Source: Chrysomallon squamiferum (Eukaryota > Animalia > Mollusca). Taken from it: a DNA stretch of 64,000 nt. A program made the position numbers and the translations under genes. Under the pieces are notes generated by a model that saw only the letters and a program-made list of their open reading frames with translations, was not told the origin of the DNA and did no database searches. Location of the stretch: contig CM022671.1 in the NCBI GenBank assembly GCA_012295275.1, forward strand, positions 26,660,001 to 26,724,000, written 5' to 3'. Shown here one piece after another: positions 1-13,680 of the stretch (its first letter is position 1; each line of letters opens with the position of its first letter).

Positions 1-1400
1 GTTACACAGAAAAAGCCAAAAATAAAACTATGCCTATGTAATGAACTTTCCCTACCTTGGAAAAGAGTTACACAATTCACCTGCTCAACAAGTTTTCAAA
101 TTGTCTATGATTACCAAATCCCTGGGTAAAATCTCAACTTAGTACTCTGCACCCTTTTTTTTTTTTTTCTTTCTTTCTTTTAAAACTTTAAAGATAAGGC
201 AGGAAATGAGTTATAGAGAACTCTTGGCTGAGACCACTTTCTGAAAAGTTATGATGGAATATGCATCTAGAAAATTATTATTCTTCAGCCCGGTTCCTTC
301 ATCTCCAGTTTCAGACATTTGCAGACTTCAAAAACTTGTCAGACAATTTTATGGTTCTTCAAATTGTCTGATGTTTTTTTGCCCAATGGCATCTAACGCA
401 TTTTGCAGAACACAGAATTCTCAATGAAAGCAATAAAAGCAGGGAGGGAGATTTGACGAAAGTTCCAGGACTGCAATGCCGAACCCAAATGCACATGAAG
501 AGTTTTACAAAATTAAGCAGTTTTCAAAAGTGCATATCTCTTGAGTTCATATCAGTTATATGGAGCATGCACGTGTGTTAGCCATATTTCAATATATAAA
601 GTTTAAAGGTAAAATATGCATCTAGAAAAGATCAAGAGTCTTGCTAAATAAAGCAGCTTTAGTCTACAGTTTGTCAAAATTAATGATCTGCACAGTATCT
701 TAAATACTTCATTATTTTGGGATGGATCTATTGCTTAAATGATATTATCTGTATATATTAAACCCAGTATGCATCTAGTTAATACTGCTTGCCACTGCTA
801 TAATTATTTCCTTACTGCCCACATACAAATCTTGAAAAAAAAAAAAAAAAAGTTATAACAACTGAGGAAGATGTGGAGAGACACACACACAGAGAGATAG
901 AGATGCACAAACACATCTGTCATAAACAGATTAACCATCTTACATACATTCAGTCGCCATCAGCTTGAATCATACTAACAAATGCATAAAGAAATCTCAC
1001 AAGAAATAACATTGGTCTGAATTACAGGAGCATATGGTTCTCCACTTGTTAAAACAATTTTTTTACACAAACTATAAATACTCAAAACTTTGCAAAACTT
1101 ATTACCTTTTTCTGTTATTATGTCTAAGTAAAAAACCAACTGAATATAAAACAAAGCTGTCTGTTATTCCTCATGTGTTTGAAAATTGCTCTCAACATGT
1201 TTTAACAGTAAAAGCATGTAATTGTGTGTGTTGAATACGAGAAATTTTCCTCGTCGTCTTCTTTGGTGTTGGTTTAAAAAAATCCTCAATAAAAAACACA
1301 GAGGCATATTTACGTACAACAGAGGCCATAAAAAAACACTGAACATTTTTTTTTTTCCCTTGAGTGATTAGAAAATAAATAAAAGAAAATTATTTCTTAC

Positions 1401-1422
1401 TGTGATGACTGTGTATGCAGAA
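1401..1422 (-). other. Putative 22-nt exon of the divergent transcript
   Basis: Minus strand: cactaaaacagacgaatgttttttcag|TTCTGCATACACAGTCATCACA|GTAAGA. Confidence 0.3.
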
Positions 1423-4074
1423 CTGAAAAAACATTCGTCTGTTTTAGTGTTTGCACAAATATATACATAATAGAATACATAGAAAAGTTTTCTTTTGTCA
1501 GAAAATTACTTGATACTGGCTTTGAAGAAAAAGTTCACAGCACATTGAAAGTGAAATTCAAAGATAATATTTACATATTTCTACACAGATTTATTCAACC
1601 ACAACCATTCTGTTTACCTATCAAGATATGCACGTGTGTCATACATTTCACATGTTAAATGAAATCATGTGCTGAACTGCCAATCACCACAGACTTCAGT
1701 TCCAACCCAATAGAATAGATTGTTATATGATTACTGTAGTTATAAAATAGCTTTTTTTTTTTACCTTCCAGTTTTAAATATAAAACAAGTAAAAGAAAAC
1801 AATTTTTTTTTTTTATCTCATCTCTCTGTATGTTCAGTAGTGGAAAAATATAAATACATAAAAATTTTTAGAATCATTACAATAATAACACAGATATTTA
1901 AAATAAAAATAAAATAAAATACATAGATTTAAAAAATAAAATTTATTTGGTATTTGTTTATATCTAAACAGTTAAACTGAAAAAATAAAAATAAAGAATT
2001 ACATGTAGATACATCCCATTTACAATTACATAATGAAATCATTTTTTTTTTTTAAATAAAATTAAAAAGTTAAAATAAAAAAAAAATAAAATAAAAATAG
2101 AATGATACAAGAAGTATATAGAAGAAAAAAAAGAGACACCGAAAAAAAAAAAATCCTTAAAACTTTTCTTTCTTCTTTTGTTATTTTTAATAATATTTTA
2201 TTAATATTGTTACTCCAATTTAAAACAGCATTAATTTATCTAATAAAAAAAAATTAAGCAATTACTTTGATTACTGGTCTGTAAAAAAATTCTTTTTTTG
2301 TTTTTTTTTTAGCTTTTCTGATCCATTAAAAAAATAACACTGTTTATGTTCAAGAGATCTTCAGACTGTTAAAACACTGAAAAAAGGAAAAGGTTTTCTC
2401 CACATTAGATCATTTTGTGAAAAAAAAAAAAAAAAAATAGCTTGCTAAAAAAGCGCCTGGCTGGTTGTGAATGTGTTAAATATAATCTATAGAGAAACAG
2501 CTTTGATGTGAAATAGGCGTGAATTATGAGCATCAGAAGTGTCATACAGACCAACCAACAAAAATTTAAAATGTATTGATTAACCATCAAACTGGGCACA
2601 AAACGGCACTTTCACAAGGGGAGCTTGCGTGTCCATAACTTTTCAAACGAATCCGCGAGTCGCAGTTTTTCATTAGTCATCTGCGTGTTGGAGGAGTAAA
2701 TCGTAAAAAATTATGCGCCAGCAACTTAAGTTGTACAGTGACTAATGCATGTAGTTTATGATCAGAGAGTTCACTTGGCTGATTAGGAGGGGCAGACAAC
2801 TCAAAGAGATCAGAGCTGTGTTTTCTCAACTGTTAACGTTATAATGCATAAATCGCAAATTTGTATCTTTGTTTCCACTTTTATGGCTCCATTTACAAAC
2901 TATTTTATTGCAGCTTGATTGTCATAATTATGCAGATTCTGACGCTGAACATTCAATGTTTCGCAGTTGCATGATTAGTTTGAACTTGCGTAAGACTGAA
3001 CATAAAGATGTTTTTTCGTCCTGTCATTTTTCGCACGGCAGATGCAGTAAACTAACAAAATGTATGCAGACAATTTAAAATTTGTTATTGCCAACATATT
3101 AAAATGAGCAAAGAAAATCAGGCAGCTGATCATAGCCATTAAAAAAAAAAGATAAAAAAAAGAAAAAATTAGCAGCACATGCAATATGACGGCAATATCA
3201 AAGATACCAGCATAATTTTGTTCTCTATTTATGCTCTTCTCCTCACACAAAACTTATTCAGTCCATACAATTTATTAAACTGTTCACACAGAAGGAATAT
3301 AACAAGGCTGAAATTTGCGTTAGAATAATTTCTATAAAGATGCTTTACAATGCACTGCAACAAGCTGACTTTATTATACCGCCTGAAATCTTACAAAAAA
3401 AAAAAATCCCCCTTGATTTGAGGGGTGGAGCTGCTTCTTTTTCCATTTTTGTGTAAGCCAGATTTGAAAACACCATTAAATCATTCAAAAATCAATCTGG
3501 AGACATTACCCTATTCTAATATGTTTTTATTTCGCGGCTGCCTCATAACCTTGATGTTGTTGGGGTTTTTTACACTTCAACCGATCAAAATGAACCCATA
3601 TTCAGAAGTCACACTCATGGTTAAACTCTGCCAAACATGAATAAAGAATGAAAAAAAAAAAAAAAAAGATCAAAGAAAGAAACAAAGAGAGAAAAAAGAT
3701 TGTTTGATTATTACACTTGCTGGAGCAGAGTTAGAATTAAGCGTATTTAAGTCATTTTTTTTTTTTTTTTTATATATATATATATTTTTTTTACCATGCT
3801 AGCTTAAACAGAATTACACATACATAAATCCTGGGGATCAAACATGCAGGTGTGAAAACAAAAAAGACCCATAAAACTGCAGTCTAAACCTCTTTGATTT
3901 AAGCATGTTACTTCAGTTCACTAAACATCTGTTAGGTAACCAGTAATGATGATTTTATGGTGTTGTTGTTAGAGGAGAATTCTCTGTGTTTTATACCATT
4001 AGTGACTCCAACAGATTATTTACATTTCAAAGATTAAAGAAACATTTATTATATACCTGAACAGACATATACAC

Positions 4075-4080
4075 AGAGAC

Positions 4081-4176
<96 letters not shown>
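4075..4176. repeat. (AG)n microsatellite
   Basis: About 100 bp of near-perfect AG repeat. Confidence 0.97.
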
Positions 4177-4177
<1 letters not shown>

Positions 4178-5455
4178 AGGAAGAAAAAAGAGGGAATGAA
4201 ATCAGAGAGAGAAACACTAGCATACATAGACAATTGAAAAAATAATAAAAATAGAAAAACAGAAGAAACAAACAAAAAACTTCAACAACAATGGAAAATA
4301 GCAAACACTAGTAAAAACAAAAGAACAGAGAAAAGCACAGTAACAGACTGTTACAAAGCAACAGTCAAAACCTCTGGAGAAAATGACAGCGAAAGATAAA
4401 GGAACACAAATAAACATGCTTTTCTATATATAAAAAATTAATATAATTTCTAAATAATGAATGCTGTTCAAAATGAATATACAAATTAAATAAGCTTAAT
4501 ACTGTGTATGTTTATATATTACAATACTTAAAATACTGTGTGTTATGTAACCTTGTCAACAGAACTTAGACAAGCCAATTATATATGAAACAAGCAAATT
4601 AACTGCTTCATAACAAACATATATATATATATATATTTATATACATGTTTGTGTGTGTGTGTGTAGTGAGACAGAGAGAGAGATAGAGAGAAAATCATGA
4701 TCAAAGATATTGTTTGCAGAATTTTTAAATTATTTAAGCTGAATGACATTAATCTAATATTTTGGTCAAATTTAGAGATTTATGAGTTATTGTAATAATA
4801 TTAACAAAAATCATAAACATTTTACTTTTATTATGTAATAATATGAACAAAATGTATATACGAATATTTTTTAAATATATAATTTTTTTACAAATGATTA
4901 ATTTATTTTTCCACAATGGTACTAATATATAAGAAGCCTTGTTTTTTTTTTTTTCATATTAAAATCATTTCATATAAAAAAAAAAGCCTTTGTAAACCAA
5001 GAGGATTGCAAATGATTCAGTCTTATACGGATTTTGGTTACTTCTTTCCATGTATTATTCAGCATGTTCATAATCTTTAATAATAATAAAAATAAAAAAT
5101 GCTTTTTTTATCTTCTTATATTTTTAAAATATGAAACTATTATTACTAAGTATACAAAATGTAATAAAGCTGTTTGTTCATATTTAACATGTAAATCATT
5201 TATCATCTTAATGGTATATTATACATTTCACACTTTCAAATATCAGGGGTTGTATCCATTTCCATCTGCTATTTTTCCAGTTGACAATTACAATGAACTT
5301 TTATGTTTAAAGAGGTGTTAATAAAATGCACTGAATAATTGCTTTCAGAACCTTTATAAATAAATAACCTGAAAATTAATTTCTAACACTAAAAAAACAT
5401 GATGATGATGAACCAGAAAATAATTACATTAGCAAAGTATCTTATTTCTTGCTGG

Positions 5456-5491
<36 letters not shown>

Positions 5492-7375
5492 ATATAAATT
5501 GAACTAAAAGGCATTTCAATAATTAATGAATTTTTATCCATTTTAATCTTTAGAAAGTGTGTGCTTATAATAAAAACTTTCTCTAAATACAGCCTATTGT
5601 ATACTGAATTTAGTGTTATGATAAAATATTGTAAAAGCATTTTGTAATTTATTATTCATAACACACACTGTTGCTAATAATAAAGTATAACATTACACTC
5701 TTGTGCTTAAGCATGGAGGTCACTGACATCTTGCATTGAGTCAGTTTGTACACTGTTATAATAACAATATTTATTTTAATAAAAATATAAATAATAATAA
5801 CAACAAAAACTCCATCAAACCATACATACATCTGTAAGGCTGTGAGTGTATGCATAAATTTGATAATAATTAAAACCTATACTAAAGCATCATTTTAAAG
5901 AAGAAATATTGTGTATGTGTTTGTGTATGCTAGTATGATCACAGCCAAAGAACTAAGTAATTAATTAAAAAGTAATTTATATCAGATAGTGATTGATTCT
6001 TTTTTTTTTCTTTTTTTTTACCTTTCCAAGTAACATCATAAAGTAAAAGAAAATATGTGGTTTCTATGTATCTCCAGTACTTTATTATTATATTGTCATG
6101 TGAAGTTGTAGTCCAAAAATAAACATAAATGTACAACTAGGATAAAAAATGCATTTAGATTATTTGGACACACTGCCAAAGAAAAGAAGTCTTCAATTTA
6201 TGATCACATCCTGATTTGACTTTTTGAGCAAAGTCAATATTTGTTTACAAGCAATATTTTTAAGATGGACTCAGCCTATAAAACCTTTTTCTATTCTAAA
6301 CTTGATACAGGTTTCTGAATTCTTCATAAACAATTATTTTGAAAGCTGTGCAGATGTTTATGATACATATGAATATAAAGATTATTATTTAAAATAAGAA
6401 ACTAAAAATTAAAATTTAATTTTGTTTTTATTTTATTATTTTTTGTTTTTTTGTTATGGTATGAACATCAGTTTTGTACTGGTCTTATAATTAAGGGGAC
6501 ATGACTCTGTATATAAAATAATATAAAATGGGTTTCTAAAATGGAACAACTAATAAATCCACTGTCATAAAGTCCACATCAAATACATATTTCTAATGAC
6601 ATGGTAATACAGGTTCAGATAATGGAGATAAAATCACAATGAAAAGAAAAATTTTGGAGTCATCAAATGATCACCTTAAAAAAAAAAAGGTATTAGATTA
6701 ACTGACACATACTACTAGAATTAGTTTTTTAACATTCATGTGTCAAACTATTATGCAATTGTTTTTTTATTTTTTTAAATTTTAAATACTAACACTAATA
6801 TTTTACATGAAATGAATGCTATTAAACATGCTTAATAAACTTTAAATATTAAATATGAACTTGACATTGCAAGTGATAAGAAATATTATAAATTAAATGT
6901 ATTTTTAAAAAGAAAAATATATATATATTTTAATTTAATTATTATTATTTATTTATTTATTAAAATTATTTTTTGTTGTTGTTGTTGTTGTTTCTTAAAT
7001 ATGAGGAACTGGAAGTGATTCCAATAAATAAAAACTGTTTAGGATTTGTGAAGCACTGGTCAAACGTGTCAAAACAAAGAGTTTATATAAAAACACATAA
7101 TTATAGCTAGAGAGCTCAAACTAGATGTATTCGTTACTAGATATCATACACCGACACTATGACACTTATACTGAACCCAGTGGAACACATTTGATGCAAA
7201 CCCCTTTTTATATTTTTTAAAGCTAATGATATTATTATTTTAATTACGCTCTTGGTACTATATCATGCCTGCAAGTGATGTGTGACAGGAAAACACACAG
7301 AATGACAGGAATGACTAAATAATATTTCATACTACAAAAGTACAATACTTAATAAAAGACTAACAATAAACTCAC

Positions 7376-7427
7376 TTTGCTTATGGGAGATAACTCTGAT
7401 GGTCTTGTTAGATGACAACCCTTTGAT
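7376..7427 (-). other. Putative internal exon (52 nt) of the divergent transcript
   Basis: Minus strand: tgttttgtcttgcag|ATCAAAGGGTTG...CATAAGCAAA|GTGAGT. Both splice sites are consensus-like. Confidence 0.55.
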
Positions 7428-7788
7428 CTGCAAGACAAAACATTATGTGATACACAACTGTACTGGTACATTCAGAAATTTGTGATTATGTCTAGTATAA
7501 CATGTGAATAACAAAATATGTTTTGTTTGCTTGGTATACTTTTCCAAATCATTTGATATAGAGATGCCAAATATGTCACAATTATCATCTATAAAGTGTA
7601 AGGGATTGGAATATTTTTGCAGTTAATAGGGATCATGGTACTAAGTTATCTCTACATGGGAAACTACTATTAAGAAAAAAGAACTGTGATGATACTGCAT
7701 AAGGGTAAAGACAGTTGTTTTTTTTCTTTTCTTTTCTTTTTTTGAATTTTAGAATATCTGTAAATATCTATAGTTTGTAAGGGTAGGC

Positions 7789-7827
<39 letters not shown>

Positions 7828-8028
7828 TGTTTTTCTTTTTAGAATTTTACAATATCAGCAAATAAATGTAATTTATAAAATACAAAGGCCTGATTTTCTA
7901 TTCCAGAAATGAGAATTCTTGTTAAATTTAATTTTAACACAGTTTTCAAAATTAATTAAAGGTAAATATAGACAGAAAATACATTAGTAAGTTGGATATG
8001 ACTGGTCTATATTATCCCAATGCATGCA

Positions 8029-8071
<43 letters not shown>

Positions 8072-8480
8072 CATTAAATATTTTCTGTTATGTCTGGTTT
8101 AGAAGACATTAATTGCCTGGAGTCAGTTTTAATGATAAAAAATTCAAAACAGTTACATTATAAAGCAAAATTACTGTAAAAACAAATTAAATAAATAGTA
8201 TGTTTCATTCTTTTTACAGTTGTGTTATAAAATAATTTGTTTTAAAAATTATGATAAAATGATCGAACATATAATAAATAAAAATAATTATTTCATAACA
8301 TATTATTAACTAATTAAGTTTATATATTCATATTGAAATCCGTATCTCATGTTCTTGTGTTAGTCTATAATATCTGCCAATTTGTCTATTCTCCCCAAGC
8401 AGTGAAAAATAAATTTTTCATCTTTTTACTTATTTATTTTTGTTGAGTATACTCTACAGTCTTACAGGTATATATATATA

Positions 8481-8481
<1 letters not shown>

Positions 8482-8523
<42 letters not shown>
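8482..8523. repeat. Poly(A) tract bordering the promoter
   Basis: 42 consecutive A. Confidence 0.95.
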
Positions 8524-8524
<1 letters not shown>

Positions 8525-8609
8525 AGAAATAAAAAAAATCTATAAATAAACTGTTCCACTAAGTTTGAAGTACAGTGAACTACACGTTATGACAAGTAAA
8601 ATGACTATC

Positions 8610-8900
8610 AGTATCACGCGCTGTTACAATGAACATTTCTGAGCAATTACGGGTTATTTTTAAAACCTTGCGCAAGAAAACAAACCTCTTCGAACCGACG
8701 ATAATCGTCTGTCAAACAAAGAAAGTCAACATCCCCGCCACTATCATGCTGCTTCCGGTGTTATCGGGCATGCGCGCTAAACAGTTCACTAAGTCTCATA
8801 GGAGTAAAACGAGTATTTATAACGTCACTGGAAAGTAGTAATACAGTATATTGGTCAGTACAACTTTGCGCAACTTTGTTGTAATTGTACACACAGATTT
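8610..8900. promoter_or_regulatory. CpG-retaining, probably bidirectional promoter
   Basis: Dense CpG in a CpG-poor background. ETS core CTTCCGG 8752-8758, NRF1-like GGGCATGCGCGC 8766-8777, TTGCGCAA at 8668 and 8866, CRE half-site ACGTCA 8822, ATTGG 8850, Inr-like TCAGTA 8855. Outward-facing splice donors on both strands. Poly-A runs dominate to the left and poly-T runs to the right. Confidence 0.7.
8686..8760 (-). other. Putative first exon of a divergent minus-strand transcript (product unknown)
   Basis: Minus strand reads ...CGTCGGTTCGAAGAG|GTTTGT (donor at 8685). CpG-rich and adjacent to the ETS and NRF1-like motifs. Its ATGs open only a short ORF. The upper boundary is approximate. Confidence 0.5.
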
Positions 8901-9054
8901 CAGCTTTGAAGTCTTTTTTAAAGGCAGACAAGGATTTCTTTGATACTGACTATTGAAAGAAAGGACAGGGAAAATATTGTGTTAATTCACGGGATATTGC
9001 GGAGTATATTGACAGCAAATAACTTTTGTGTTCAGTGAGAGCAAGAGAGCGCAG
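8856..9054 (+). other. Putative non-coding first exon of the plexin gene
   Basis: About 200 nt with no ATG, ending in a strong donor CAG|GTCAGT at 9055. The start is approximate. Linkage to plexin is inferred because no other plus-strand coding exon is seen before 55033. Confidence 0.55.
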
Positions 9055-12000
9055 GTCAGTATCCGAGTACGAAAATGTTTTCGTCGATGTTTCTTTGGTG
9101 TGATTGTTACTGTATATTTATGAAGCTTTTAAAATTATTATTTCTTTGCATGTGGCAAGAGAAGAATGTCATTTATATTTTACGATAGTAATTAGTAATT
9201 ACATATTTGTTTTATAAGTTTAAAAAGTCATATGAATAACACATATAATTATCAGCAGTAAATTGAGTAATAAGAACTGTTATACAGTATACTGACATAA
9301 TTGTCGATAATAAAAACTTAAAACACTTTTCATTTGGTGACAACGACGTGATGAAACACACACACATAATCATATACTGATATAGTCAGTAGTTTCTTTA
9401 AAAGTTGCAAAAATAATTATATATCTGTTCAAAACAATAATAAACGATGTAGTCACATACATTCATTTGACTAAATCCTGCATTCAGTTTTCAACTTTCT
9501 TTTAGTACTGACGTTATGATAAATAATAAATTAACTCATAATACAGAATCACAATAAACACTTTTTTAAACAAAAAAGAAGTACAATACACTTAAAACAA
9601 AATACACATATTTAAACCAACAAAGATTTTATTTTTGTTATTAACTCTGCATTTAACACAATAATATAATCATTCATTCATCTGATTTGAACTGAAACTA
9701 TTTAACAATTGCTTTAGTAAATATTTACTCCATTTTCTCTCACATTCTGAAACATATTTATTTACTTTTCCCCCACCCTCGTGAATCCTGCTAGCTATTG
9801 AATTTGTTCTCAAGTCATTATGGAAAGAGGTCATGGTAACCCAGTGCAGCAAAGGACAACGTTAATTAAAACCAGTGGTGTGGCTCTCTGAATCCTTAAA
9901 ACACCAATAACAAGTCAATATGCCATATGTGCCAGTTAATAAAGTGAAATAATTAGCTAGGGAAATACACAGTTTTTGAATACTTAAGTGTTCTTTTTAC
10001 ATCCATGATTATGGCACAGACACGTTTTTTAAAATATATTTGTCAAATGTAATATAATTTTTTTGTTTTTTGTTTGTTTTGTTTTTTCACTCCCAGCAAT
10101 AAAAGGACAAAATCTAGAATAACCTTAAATGTTTTTTTCTTTCATATTTTCTTTTTCGTATTTTTCTCTCTTTTTTCTTTGTTATTCATTCTGTTCCATT
10201 CTACATCCACCTCAGTTTCTGTATTTATGTATATGTATATGTATATGTATATGTGATGTGGTTACAAACCATTTTAATTTAATATTTTTAAAAGAAATAA
10301 CGATTAAGTTATTTACTTTCAAAAAATAACTATCACACATCTGCATAATACCCATAAATAGGTATTACACTTACACCTGAGGCAACCACCATTGCCCCAC
10401 CCATAGGTGTACATCAAGGAAGTACTGTTCTGAAATGTAACAATGTATCTATCTCATTGTGCATTCAGGTAGAACTTTCTGCTCTGATTACATCTGGAAA
10501 CCAAACAATAGGATGGGCTTTGTGACTCTCTCAATGACATTCTTGTCTAACCATCGGCTTTACCAGCAGTACTGTCAAATAGCCGACCATAAATTGTAGC
10601 TGAGCCAGATTTAAAGTGGCAGCCTTGGGCTAAAACCATACGGTTTTGTTTTGTTGGAAAGTGTAGGATTCGTACTTAGACCTCTGTGTGTATGTGGCTG
10701 TTTGTGAAATCTGGTATTATACGAATATTATTTAATTACACAGTTCACGTATGTCTTCATGTCTGGTGTGAATGGCTATTTAACTGTTAAACACACCTTA
10801 ACATGTTTCTGACTATTATTACACTATTGGGTTTTATCTGTTTTAGATTTGTTCTTTACTGATGTCTATCATACCATCATATATATATATATATATATAT
10901 ATACATACAGAAAAAGAGAGAGAGAAAGAGTGTGTGCATTTCCTCTGCATGCATGCTATGGATATATTTTTCATTTAAGAATACCTCAGTGTCTAAAGTT
11001 ATTAGTAAGAAACGTTCACTGATATATCCCAACATGACTGTATTGGAATGTGCATTTTTTGGAGGTTTCTTAATTAAGTCTGTCACTATGCTAATAAAAA
11101 TACACACACACACACACCCATGTCTAGACATGTGGAATTTTTTTAACCTATGTGGATTTTATTTGACCTTACAGTTAAATTTATTACTTTCTTTCATTAA
11201 AATTAGACTATTCAGCAGCTAGTTATCGTTTTTCATCATACCAATTTACAGCTCACACTAGTTTGTTCTGCAGTTAAATTCCAAGTGTTTAAGTATCAAC
11301 AAATTGTTAATGAGGTCATAAATTTTAAATATGTCTGGCAGAGTGTTAGTGTTTAAATGTAAGTGCATTTCAATAATTTCCCTGACATTTTCATATTTTA
11401 CATATGTTATATACATTTGCTGCATACTCAGTTTACAGCACACATTACATATCAGTCATGTATGGTAAAGATAAACTTCTTTTAATAAGCTGTGAAAAAC
11501 TTTGAAATTCTATTAGATATACTTGCCAGAATATTTTGACACAGAAACTGGAGAAATTGGAAATGTTGAAATTGCTCAGTTGATTCACTTGCTTGAGTTG
11601 AAACCTATATCCCATTATTCATCTTTATATTATCGCCTTTATTTATGCAATGAATTTAGAATTAAGATTATAAAACAGACAGTGATGTGTGTGTTTGTGT
11701 GTGTGTGTGTGTCAGAAAGCCAGTCAGATTTTTACAATAATTTTAAATATTTTGTTTTATCATTAAGGTACTTCTATATTTTTTTATAACAAAAAAATGT
11801 AAGCGTTTCTTTTCATGTTTAACTCAAATTTCCATGTTACACTTAATGACTTTTTTCTTAAGTGGCTGCTGATAAGTGTGCCTTGAGATTGAATTAGATG
11901 TGATGTAATCTACACATGAAATAAGCATTATAAGTACTTCCATTAACTAAACCAACAACAACAAAAAAAACCACACTATTACATGGATGTTATAATTAGT

Positions 12001-12723
12001 TTTTGGGTTTATAAATAGTATTATTTATGTTGTCTAAAAAATCATTATAAATAATTTTTTTTTTTTTTTATTTTTATTTTTAGGGATTTAATTTGAATAG
12101 CAGAGATACAAATGACTTTTTAAAGTTGTCATAAAATACAGAATTTAAATATTTGTGTGACATGTGAATCAGGAAAGAATGTTTTTAAGAAGTTTAAAAC
12201 CTGACATAGGTCAGTCATAAAATATGTACGTGGTACCCTCTCTTTAATTTTTTTTTTTTTTCTTAATTACCAAGTTTAGTAAATAATTTTTTTTTATTTT
12301 TACCTGTTCTTTTTAAAAAAATAATTAATTTAAAGTCTATCAGCTTATAATTGGGTTTTTTATTCATATGACTGGAGAAAATGTCACTTACATTCCTCTA
12401 ATTTTGCCATTAAAACCAGTTCAGAGATTAAGTACACGAAATAATATCCAAAACTAGTTAAAGAATATCTCTCATGGGCACACACATATTATAGTTTATA
12501 CATACACACAGAAACGCCACCATCCTTAAATTTGTATATTTAAATGACATGATAAATTTAACAGGTGAAAGAAAAACAAAATCATTTGATATTGATAACA
12601 TGATAGACACTCCACCTACTTAACTGTGTAGTGGATCTGATACAGTGATACAAATCTGCTGCAATACAGCCTCAGAATAGCTGAGACCGTTGAGTCCAGT
12701 ACGTGATAACGATCCATCTTATA

Positions 12724-12834
12724 TCAGTTTGTATTTAATCCTCACTTTAGCATCCCAATAGACCTGGCTTTGGTCATACATTTCTATATCCAGAGGCTGA
12801 ATGTACTAAACAGAGACTTCAAAGTGTCAGTGAG
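12724..12834 (+). other. Candidate alternative leader exon (or internal exon 12794-12834)
   Basis: Inr-like TCAGTT at 12724, acceptor-like tttctatatccag| at 12793, donor GAG|GTAATT at 12835, CpG cluster at 12860-12990. Confidence 0.3.
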
Positions 12835-13534
12835 GTAATTTTGCTTGGTGATCAAAGAAGGGAATATCGGAGAGCAAAGCCAGGTTTTATCGGTCTGTTA
12901 ATCGAAGAGATGAACTTTTGGGTGTTTGGCAGATAGGTGGGTGGTGTGTGACCGAACTGCTGATTTATTTTTTTATTAAAGATCAGTACGTGTGTGTGTG
13001 TGTGTGTGTGTGTATTTTTTTTTTTTTTATTTATCATTTGAAGATATGTGACATTCGCTATCACACTGATTTAAATGTCAGATAAAACTTGTACATTTTG
13101 CTTTTAAAGAATTGTAAGTAATAAAATAATTCTACAATAAACTGTTAGAGATTGGCTTATGTATCCAAATAAGTTTATTTTTGATATTTAAATTGTATGT
13201 TGAGTTTTATTTCTTCATTAATTATAGTAACATTCAAACATGTGGAATAAATTAGTGAGTTAAGGGACTGTTCTGCCTCTATGTTACTTAATACCACCAC
13301 CTTTATCTGCCCATTTCAACTTGTTTCTTATCACAAGCACTATAAAAGTTACAATCTGGGCAGTTACTAACTGTTATTGCATACCTGTCTGTTTCTAGTC
13401 AAGGATTCAATAACAGTCTGATATCCTGTCATTGCACTTCTAGTATGTCCACCTCTGGGAATCCACTGCTGCAATTACCGGGCAGAATCTTTTGTTTGGA
13501 AATCTCCCACTGTTTTGCTTTCTCTGCTGTTAAG

Positions 13535-13680
13535 GAGCAGATATCCACAGGGGACCAGGCTGTGGTGCTGAAGAAGCAGCAGGACAGTCTGCTCTCTGGC
13601 GCATTAGGCGAGATTATTCTATTATGGAACTGCATGCTGGAATCTGATGACATCCAGATAGCATTTTGCAGGACTCCCAG
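13535..13680 (+). other. Candidate 146-nt 5' UTR exon
   Basis: tgttttgctttctctgctgttaag| ... CCCAG|GTATGA. GC content is clearly above the flanks. Contains only short ATG-initiated ORFs. Confidence 0.4.

Noticed and set aside
339-371. Inverted repeat TCAGACAATTT...AAATTGTCTGA
   Set aside because: An 11-bp stem only, too short for a pre-miRNA and plausible by chance in AT-rich DNA.
1401-1426. C/D-box snoRNA (GTGATGA...CTGA on the plus strand)
   Set aside because: The boxes are only ~15 nt apart, far too short, and there is no terminal stem.
4020-4304. ORFs with SLSLSL runs and other F/L/K/CV-rich short ORFs across the window
   Set aside because: They arise from microsatellites and poly-T/A tracts, with no recognisable domains.
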